Shown here piece after piece: positions 9,397 to 18,117 of a stretch of DNA of 20,000 nucleotides. Made by a program: the position numbers and the translations under genes. This stretch comes from Thraustochytrium aureum. Lineage: Eukaryota. Within the stretch, counting starts at the first letter, position 1, and every line of letters begins with the position of its first letter. The stretch covers positions 46,775 through 66,774 of the forward strand of contig BLSG01000299.1 of assembly GCA_012862495.1 (NCBI GenBank), read 5' to 3'. Below the pieces are notes generated by a model. That model was not told the origin of the DNA, searched no databases, and saw only the letters and a list, made by a program, of their open reading frames with translations.

Positions 9397-11197
9397 CTAC
9401 ATGACCACGCAGCGACCCTGGCTGTCGTCAGCTGCCTCCTCCGAGTCAGAGTCGCCCTCAAGGTCGTGCAGCAGCGGGTACCGCCGCTGGCTCGAGTTGC
9501 TGCTCCGCTTCTCCGGGCAAGTCCCGCTCGCCCTCGGTCGCTCCACGATCGAAAGCGACTGCTCGGTCGTAGTTGCAGACTCGGGCATCATTTCGTAGTC
9601 CAGCGCCGGCGCTGTGACAACCGCAAACTGCGAGGGGGCGGCGTGCGCAGCGCTCGCGAGGATCTCGCGCATCGACTTGCGAAGTTCGTTCTCGGGGCCC
9701 TTGATGCTCTGCATGAGCTCGTCAATGCACCGCTGAAGGCGGACAACGACGTCCGCCGGAAGAATGGCCCTCTCCGAGTCTAGCGGAGCCTTTCTAAACT
9801 CCTTCAGGTGCGCGGCATCGACCCCACCGTCGACGCTGCGCCCGGCGTCAGGGCTCGCGAGCGCCTCACTCCAGAGCTGCGACTGCTCCCGGCCCATGCG
9901 GGCCAGGCGCTCGCCAGAGCGCTCCTTGATGGATTGGTACTGTGCGAGAAAAAATCAACAGCAGTCAGCAAATGTTCGCGAGACACAGTGGCATGCAGGC
10001 CAACGCGGCAACTCGAGCGGCAAAAACCTACCTCCGCCATACGCTTTTTGATCTCTTTGAGCTCGGATGGCGCCTCGTCGGCGTAGAGACGCAAGTGCTC
10101 GCCAAGCTCGTCCTGCTTCGCTGTGAGGCGGTTGTCTGCAGACGCGATACGCTCCTGCTGGAACGAGGCGAAGGCAGCAAGGCTTTGGAAAAGTTCGGGG
10201 ATGTGGCGCATGAGCGTCCGCGCCAACACCCGCTTGACATTCGTGCGGTGCGTGGCGCCCCGGCTCAACGAGGGCTTGGCGTGCTTCGTTATCGACTCGA
10301 CCGACCACATCAGGAGCTTGACCACAGCTGTGGCGAGCGAGAGGTACTGCTCCGCGTTTGTATGATCGTTCTCGGCCTGCTTGAGATTCACGCCAAGAAG
10401 CCGCCTGTCTTCCAGCATTTTGGCCATGCTCGGTTCGGGCTGCAGAACGGCATCCAGCAAAACGCTCAGGGCCGCACCTTGAGCCACAGCCGCGCTTTGC
10501 GTTTGGGTGATCGCCTTAGGATGCAGTCATCCATGGCTCGGAGCTTGGTCCGATTCTCCTCGACGACCTGCTGCTTTCCAGTGACGTCGGAGGCGGCCAC
10601 AACTGCGGCCTTTTTGGCGGCGAGAATCTGGCTGTCGGCCTCGTTGCCTGTTTCGTTCAGAATTTGCTCCACCTGATTCTGGCACTTTCGTAGCTCGCTC
10701 AGCGCGTTGACGCAGACGCGGCACACTTGACTGTGCAGCTGGATCTTGCGCTCGTTGTCGGTGCCCGACTCGGCCAGCGCGAGCTCGGCCTCCATCACGG
10801 TTTGCGGGATGGAGGGCTCCTTTTCTTTGCCCTCGATCTTTTCGCGGGCGTCGCCCATGAGCTTTAGCACCCCGACAGCCATGGCGGCCAGCTCGGACTT
10901 GCGCCCGAGTCTGCCAGAGTAGTTGTCCATGGCGCGCTTGATGTTCAGCACGTGCGTTTGCAGCGTGTCGCTGACGTCCTTCTTCATGTTGATGGCTCCA
11001 AAGAACTCCTCCAGGTCGAACGTGGCCATGGGCCTCGCCGTCAGGAGAAGGGCGGCTCGCTTCTCTCCATCGAAGCATGACCTCCGCATGCGCTTCTCCG
11101 GGTTGGCGTCCTCCTGCTTCACAGGGCTCCCAACGCTCGCCATACTGGGCGCCCTGTGGAGCTGGCTCAGAATCTCCGTCGTCAAAGACCGCTTCAT
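9397..11197 (-). CDS. Alpha-helical/coiled-coil protein with C-terminal CaaX box (CVVM); one intron and one probable 1-bp assembly deletion at ~10518
   Basis: ORFs 10466-11197, 9804-10487 and 9397-9897 join into one protein of roughly 570 aa. Adding one base gives DDCILKAITQTQSAAVAQG. Splicing 10031-9940 gives KKRMAE|YQSIKERSGERLARMGREQ in frame. It ends ...DSDSEEAADDSQGRCVVM*. Confidence 0.72.
9940..10031 (-). other. Spliceosomal GT-AG intron (92 nt, phase 0)
   Basis: Minus strand GAG|GTAGGT donor and TTTTTTCTCGCACAG| acceptor with a pyrimidine tract; removal restores the reading frame. Confidence 0.8.
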
Positions 11198-11445
11198 CCT
11201 CTCGCTTGCTCGGCCTCCGCGCGCCCGCTGCTCCTCACCAGCGCCCCTCGAGCTAGACCTCGGCCTCTGGAGAGCTTGAGCCAGACAGACCCTCTTCCAC
11301 CGTCTGTTGCGGGACTGCTCGCGCGCATCCTGGGCCGTGCAAAACAGTGCTCATTCTCGCATTCGGCAAGGAAAACCGCCGCCCAACCGCCTCGAAAGTT
11401 CGCGAGTTGTACGCTGGCTGGCGCGGCTATCTCCGCTATCTCGCT

Positions 11446-11486
11446 CATTTCTTTAATTAATTAATAACTTTTCTTTTAATAAAATG
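11446..11486. promoter_or_regulatory. AT-rich island with TTAATAA motifs, similar to the right end of the transposon
   Basis: catttctttaattaattaataacttttcttttaataaaatg in a GC-rich background; shares TTAATAACTTTT and TTAATAAAATG with 15953-16001. Confidence 0.45.
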
Positions 11487-11690
11487 TCATCCTTTTCGTG
11501 GTCGACTTGCAAATGGAGATCTGTCGCGAGAGCAGATCAAACTAGCGCAGCTTCGAGCTCCTATACCCATGATCGCTGCCGCAAACGTTGGCGATCATCG
11601 ACTGGCTCGATGCCGTGCTATTCCGCGCCGCGTTTTTCGGAAAAAGGTGTTTTGCACCTTCACGAGCGTCTCGAATCGAAACACCCCACA

Positions 11691-11714
11691 TTTATTAAGT
11701 CTTGACTTAATAAA
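11691..11714. repeat. Perfect 11-bp inverted repeat (TTTATTAAGTC-TT-GACTTAATAAA) at the left end of the element
   Basis: Read directly. Confidence 0.9.
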
Positions 11715-11792
11715 ATTAGATAGGAGCCAAGGTTGTGAATAGTACGTTGTACATCGATGTTTCTTTCATTCACACTATGTTCATGAAGGTCT

Positions 11793-14700
11793 TCAGGGTG
11801 TTGGGGGTGGAGGAGTTGTCACGGTGAAGGTCTCCCTGCGCCGCCTTTTACGGCGCGATGAGTTTTGGGCTTGATGGAGCTCGCCGGCCTCAAGGTCTAC
11901 AGGTTCGCTCGCGAGCTGATTTTCCTGGTCTTCTGCCGCACCAACGACACGTGGTACACAGTCGAGCTTCTCGTACTCTGCGTCCTCGAGGTACACGGCG
12001 CTGCTTGGGTAGCGCCTCAGGACACATTCTGGGTAAGGAATCCGAACTTGGTTGTGGAAGGCGTTGAAGCAAACCTTGCAGAGGGCAATATTGCAAGCAC
12101 TGCACCGCTTTGTTGTGACACGGCCAATACGCGAGCTGTACTTCTCATTGTGTTTGCCCCCCTCGCAGTACGTGCAGCAAACATTGCATGTCGCAGATTT
12201 GTGGGGACCCGTGAGCTTGTGCTCAACGTCGGTGCTGAGTCGTTGCTTGATAATCTGGGCACTTGTGTTCGCGTCAACTAGGAAGTTGTTCTTGGCCCGA
12301 AGCCGTATTGTTGCAGCCTTGGCGAGGCCCTCTGACGGAGCTCGAGCATGTTTCTCAGGATGAGCGCTTGCAGGTGCTGCTGCGCGAGGAAAGCCCATTA
12401 TCAATGTCAAGCAGCCCACTTCGAAGCCAAGTGAGTTGATTTGGGCTGTCCAAGCCGAGCATGATGTCCTTCAAGGTCTCCGCATAGGTTGTGGCCTTCG
12501 AGCGCTTTTTGCAGAACATCTTGTAGGTGGTGCACGACTTGATACCTGCGGGTCCGATTGAGGCCAACCCATGGAGGCGGAACGTATTGTAGAGAGAGTA
12601 GTCGAGCAGCATCATCCACAGCAACGAGAATGGCTTCATCGTGCCGTATGTTGGCTTGTTCCCATTGATAACACGGCGAGCGGTGTCTGCTCCGCCCATG
12701 AAATGGTTCCACGCAGACGTAACTAGCGGTAGTAAACGGCGGCAAGGCGGTGGGGTTCCGTTTTGACGAACATCCGCGTCGTGGGCCTTCCATAGTCTGA
12801 GGTACAAGTCGACGGTGTGGTGCTCCACGGCATACCCGTAAGCCGGGTGTCGGTCAGGCGCGATTCGTGGAATTTCCTGTGGCTCTGGGCCATAGGCAAA
12901 CCCCAAGTGACGAGTCTTGAGAAGGTCCATGAGCTTCATCCAGGCTTCCCGCTGAGAAACGCTGACATGCACTAGAACGGCACGCTGCAGTCGAGCTCGC
13001 CCGGAGAGGATCAAGAGCGTGCATGGTAGACTCAGGACTGCAGCATGATGGACTGCCTGGGCCCGCCAGCTCGCGTNNNNNNNNNNNNNNNNNNNNNNNN
13101 NNNNNNNNNNNNNNNNNNNNNNNNNNNNNNNNNNNNNNNNNNNNNNNNNNNNNNNNNNNNNNNNNNNNNNNNNNNNNNNNNNNNNNNNNNNNNNNNNNNN
13201 NNNNNNNNNNNNNNNNNNNNNNNNNNNNNNNNNNNNNNNNNNNNNNNNNNNNNNNNNNNNNNNNNNNNNNNNNNNNNNNNNNNNNNNNNNNNNNNNNNNN
13301 NNNNNNNNNNNNNNNNNNNNNNNNNNNNNNNNNNNCATCGGATTTGCGTGGCTGGCCAATGTGGCTTGTCGTCCGAGTCCGAGTCTGAAAGTGAGACCTG
13401 CAATCCTGACCGCCCATTCTCGGACCTGTTCACAGAACGACTTCCTGCGGGCGTGGCTGGAATTGGTGGAATTGGTGGGTTTGAGCTTTGCTGTGCAGGT
13501 GTAAAGGTGGGGGGGGCAGGATCCCCTCCAGAGGAATCTGTTGCAGGAGTGTGCAATTCAGGTCTCATTGAATTTCCACACGCAGGGTTTGAGCCCGAGG
13601 CCTCCGTCTCGCCGGCTGGTGCTTCTGACAAGCGCTCGTAGTTTTGAGCAAGAATCCTTGCGAGCCCTTGGTGCGTGTCTTGGGCCTTCGTCGGTTTGGG
13701 GATTTTTCCCAGGCGTACAAGCTCCTGAACGCGCTCTCGCAGTTCCCTGACACGCCATTGCTTGGTGTAGTACACAATTGTTTTGGGGTTGCCACCCTTC
13801 GTTCCGGCGTTGCCGCTTTTCGCAGAAGTTGACCTTTCAGTTGGAGCTCTATGCTTTGCTGGAACGGTTTGAACCGGCAACTCGTCATGAACCACAGAGC
13901 GGGCGTTCCCTGCTGACAAGTGCATAACTGGGTTGAGCTGGGCCGTCTGCTTTGCATGTTCGTGCAGGCTACGAAGCTCATCCGTATCAAAGTACTCCGC
14001 CTTCGCGAAGTTCAGCAGGACGAATGCGACGGAGCTCGAACACCGAAATGTCCTCGCTAAGAACCAGTCCTGCGTGCGCTGTCGCTGTGTCAAAAGGAAA
14101 AGACTTGACTCCATCATCTTGAATGCGGCCGAGATCTGTTTGTAGGTTGATTCGGTCGCGGTGCTCGGCTCAGGCACTGGTACGTGCTGCAAGCGCTTAA
14201 CCCCCCCAGGAGCCTTGGCATCCCTACCTCTTGTCACCTCATAGACGTAGCGCTGCCCTTTGAATTCCGTTGCCGACGTGATGAGCCGGGCAACTCTTGC
14301 TTTGCCTTGTCCATGTCGCTGAGCAGTCACCTCTAGACCGAGACTGCGCTGGACAGCGGTAAAACTGCTGCGAGATCCGAAGATGCCAATGTTTACACGG
14401 CCATCAGCAGTTGCCTGCGTAGGTGTCCGCTCTGCGATAGCGAAGGGGAAATGCTTTGTATCCTTGACCGTCCCCAGAACAGCAAACCCAACCGACTTGA
14501 ACATCTGCAAGATGTTCGTCACAGTCTTGGCGCCCTCAGCTTGGCTTTTGGCGACAGATAAGTAGCCTCGATCGATGAATACGACTAGCTGCTTGGCGAG
14601 GTACGGATCCAATTCTGAAGCGTCGTCCACTCCGAAGAGGGCGGTGAGTGTTTCCTTGACGAGGTCGACCGTTCTGCTCTTAACCTCCTCAAGCGCGCAC

Positions 14701-15584
14701 GACAGAAGCATCTGGGTTGCAACGCTGACAACGAGATGGGTCACGGGCTGCGTCTGCTTCTTCCTCGTGGTCTGCAAGCGAATTCCATACTGCTCCCACA
14801 CTTTCGAGTTGAAAGGGAGCTTGTCGTCGTCCAAGTCCACCCAAGTTGTGCCCGGTTTGAAGAACAGGGAGCTCCAGTATTGCCTGCAGGATCTCTGCAC
14901 GGCTCGCATAACCGGGTCAACGTTGAATGCAGGATTGTGGGTCCCGGGGATTCCGCTGGCGGGTGCCTTCTGGCTGTAGGGCTTGTCGGCGATCGCCATC
15001 GCATCGCGCACCCGCTTGTGAGCATCGCAGTGATTCAAGAAGTGGACGTACACTCTTGAGTCTTCAGCGTACCTTGCGGCTGAGCAATGATACACGCGGA
15101 GGGCAATCTCCACGCGAAGAAACATGACGATGTCGGCGAGCGTCTGTGGGCATCCAGCATCACTTAGCCACTTCGCAAACATGATGAGCCACGCCGGCGG
15201 GAGGCAAACGGCAAAGCACGTCAGTGCGTTCGTGAGGCTCTTTGACTTGTCGCCGTTGATTTCAGTCGTGCATCTCTGAAGTACGAACTCGGATTCCGAT
15301 TGCACCTGATTCAGGAGGATTGTGTCGGACGCATTGAACTCGATCCCAACATTGTCCACGAGAGTGCCCGATAGGCCTTGGTGGTACTTCGAACCTTCTC
15401 TACTGAACGATAAGTATGACCATGAGGAGCGGTCCGTTTCACCAGCCTCTGCTGGGCTCTCAATGATCATCTCGTCAAAGGCGGCCCCAGCATAACCATC
15501 CTCCTCGCTAGACTCTCCGTCGCTACTGCTGTGATCGTCGTCCTCCGCCTCGAGGGATCGCGCTGGTTGCGTCTGCGTCGACAT
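11793..15584 (-). CDS. piggyBac-like DDD transposase with inserted YqaJ/lambda-exonuclease-like and SAP-like regions and C-terminal Cys-rich domain; interrupted by an N-gap and one frameshift (~12355-12420)
   Basis: Acidic N-terminus. D1 WVDLDDDKLPF (~14830), D2 VFIDRGYLSV (~14572), then LGTVK, D3 WNHFMGGADTA (~12686) and downstream YSLYNTFRL. C-terminal CNVCC...TTKRCSACNIALCKVCFNAFH matches the piggyBac CRD pattern. Likely ATG at 15584. Confidence 0.78.
13077..13335. other. Assembly gap (N run) inside the transposase
   Basis: Run of N; coding frames differ across it, so its length is probably only an estimate. Confidence 0.99.
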
Positions 15585-15977
15585 GATCCCGCAGCGCGAG
15601 ATGCGAGTCGAGACGCGTGCTGCTGTTGGAGCGCTGCCCACCAGGACTCGCCGGAGGGTCGCGGATGAGACGGCGCTGCTCCTTTGTACTGCGCTAGCTG
15701 CCCTGCTCTGCGTGCACAGGTTGCTCGCGGCTGCCCACGTTGCTTGCTGCGAGGCTCGTCGGCGTCGAATTTGTTTTTGTGGTTTGGGGCGTGGGCGGCT
15801 GTGAGCTTGTGGTGACGAGGGAGGTAGAGTATTTTGCACATGAAAACAGCAGGATTCGGGATTTCACGCTAGCGCTCCTCGAGGCCGCCCGGTGCTTCTG
15901 GCCCATGCTAATTGCCGACTGTCGCGCAAGAGTTTACATATTAGGTTTTAACTTAATAACTTTTGGATTGGGCAACA

Positions 15978-15996
15978 TATTAAGAATTTCTTAATA
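15978..15996. repeat. 9-bp inverted repeat (TATTAAGAA-T-TTCTTAATA) at the right end of the element
   Basis: Read directly. Confidence 0.88.
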
Positions 15997-16718
15997 AAAT
16001 GGGACTGAGGTTCGAGCTGCGAGCTGGCGCAGGAGCCTCGCGAGCCTCACGCTGCGGTGAAGTGGTGCGGACAGCTGCTCGAGGCCAAACATGCTTACAC
16101 TCTGCTCTACTCCACGTGCTTCCATCCAGAGTCCGCTCGAGTACACTGGTGAGCACGGCGCCGCGGGCGGGGCGGTCCTCAGCGGCTGCTGCAGCTTCTC
16201 GAGCTGATCGTCAGTGGGTAGGGCAGCCCGCTCGTCGTCGTGGGTCCACTCGCTGCTGCGAACTCAGCATGCATGGGCTGTCCTGTCCGTCCGGCTGATG
16301 ATGATGGTCCCGATCGTCTGCGCTACTCAACCTTAGAGGAGTACCTTGCTGTCATCGCGATGCTGCTCAAGCCGCCGCGCCGACTCGCCTGGCTCGACAT
16401 GGAGCCCCGGAAGGAAAGATGGAGGCGCATCGCCTGGACGCTCGCTCGTTCTGGCCGTGTGCGTGGCCCTGATGAGCGTCTCTCGAGGCGAAGAGCACCA
16501 TTCTCGGTTGCATGTTTGGACCAGAAAAGCAAGCTGCAACGGCAACCTGCTGGAAGTGGGCGACGTCCCGCAAGCAGGCAGGCTGGCTGGCTGCTCGCGT
16601 TCTGGAGACTGCACGCACGGGTGCTCTCGCCCGCGCCGCTGTGGGGACCTGCACGACTGTCGGGCGTCTCTGGTGCCAAGTTGCGCCAGCGGCTGGAAGG
16701 CGACTTTTGTCGGACAAG

Positions 16719-17861
16719 ATGGGCGAGTCCAACCTCTCCACCGAGGAGGAGGCTCTGCTGGCCGCTGAAGAGCTCGTCGACAAGCTCGAAGCCGCGCAGA
16801 AGCGAGAAAAGGCCCTCAAGGGGGAGGAATGCCAAGCTCGAGACGGACTGCAAGGCCCTCGAAAGGGACGTCGAGCAGCTCGTCGAGTCGCTCGACCTCG
16901 CTGCCGAAAAGCTCGCCGAGATGGAGCGCCGCCTCGCAGCGGCCGAAGCCCGCGAAGAGCTGGCTCGGTCGCTCGCAAGGCGCAAAGAACGGGCCTGCGA
17001 AGACCTGCAGGGCCAGGTCACAGCCCTGAAGAGGGGACCTGCGGGCCTCGCGCAGCGAGGCCAAGGCTGCCACGCTTGAGGCCAACTTCCTCCAGGCTGC
17101 CCTTGACGGCCAACCGGCCGCTGAGGGCCAGGGACCGGCCTCCCAGCAGGTAGAAGACTTGCTGGCCTTGCTGCAAGAAGAAAGGCGATTGCAGCGCGAG
17201 CAGCGGCAGCCCTGCAAGGTCTGCCTTGAGAGCGAGCGCCAGGCGAACGAGGCCGCCGAGGCGCGCGCCGCCGCGGCCCGCAAGCCGCACCCGCCAGCCG
17301 CGAGCGCGGGTGAGCAAGAGAGCAAACTTGCAGCCCTACAAGCCGCGCGGCGGTACGCCGAGGCTCGGAGGAGGAAGCAAGAGGCCAAACTGGGAGACAT
17401 GGCGTCGGGGCCGCTGCCGCTGCAAGAGCAAAGCGCCGCGCGCGGAAACGCGATCGACCAAGAGGAGGCCAAGTCCTCTTCGGACCCATCACCACCGCCT
17501 CTTCCTGAAAAGCCCGCTGAGCTGAAACTAGGCTCGTCGAGCACCACACTTGTGCGCAAGCGAAAAAGCCAAGGTGGTCAAGATCCGGCGCCGCACCGCC
17601 CCAGAAACGCCTCCGGACGGCACCTCGCTCGCATCAATGGCAGACACGTCCTGGTGCATCAAGGTGGAATCGGTGGCCCGGAACTCGAGTGGCAGCCCTG
17701 CCGGGCCGGACCCGGGCACGCCGAGCTCCGGGAGCCAGTCTGCCGTCGAAAGCGAGAGCGTCCTGCTCCACGTAGGTCGCAAGCAAGCCCCTCCCGGGAC
17801 GGTGTTGCCGCAGTCCCCGCGACGCTCGCTGCACGCACCTGTTGACTGGGATGACTTGTGA
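16719..17861 (+). CDS. Hypothetical coiled-coil protein (three probable homopolymer-associated frameshifts at ~16825, ~17035, ~17565)
   Basis: From the ATG at 16719 the pieces join as MGESNLSTEEEALLAAEELVDKLEAAQKREKALK / NAKLETDCKALERDVEQL...LKR / DLRASRSEAKAATLEANFLQAAL...RKRK / AKVVKIRRR...VDWDDL*. Each shift lies at a G or A run, and codon usage is host-like. Confidence 0.62.
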
Positions 17862-18117
17862 GGGACCGTGGTCGTCAGAGACCAGGGCGAGCCAGGGGCG
17901 GCGGCAGGCGGCTCACATGGGCGTGCGCCGACGCGCTGCACGCAGCCCTGGCATCCCTTCTTACGGATAGGTACATGCTTGTAACGAAAGACCAAGAGAG
18001 GAAAACGATTAAAAGTGGATGGATCAATTTCGCAAGTGAGCGGGCGCGCTGCCCACACCAAGCGCCCTCCCCTCGCCCAAGAGCGCGCACGGTTCGCGCA
18101 CGCTGCGCGCTGGCCAC

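Larger units (their letters stand above)
11689..16001 (-). mobile_element. Divergent piggyBac-like DNA transposon (~4.3 kb); boundaries inferred from short inverted termini CATTT(T)ATTAAG
   Basis: The region has visibly lower GC and codon bias than its flanks and holds one large transposase reading frame. The left end reads CATTTATTAAG (11689-11699) and the right-end reverse complement reads CATTTTATTAAG (16001-15990). No clear target-site duplication. Confidence 0.7.

Noticed and set aside
11452..11464. TTAATTAATTAA as the piggyBac TTAA target-site duplication, paired with TTAA at 15948-15956
   Set aside because: No CC/GG-initiated inverted repeats lie inside these TTAA sites.
11793..12419. 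Fanzor/TnpB-like RNA-guided nuclease at the 3' end of the element
   Set aside because: The Cys cluster matches the piggyBac CRD pattern; no RuvC I/II/III motifs are visible.
16240..16718. Upstream part of the 279-aa ORF as a coding exon
   Set aside because: Only a short stretch looks protein-like; no splice or homology support, and a good ATG exists at 16719.
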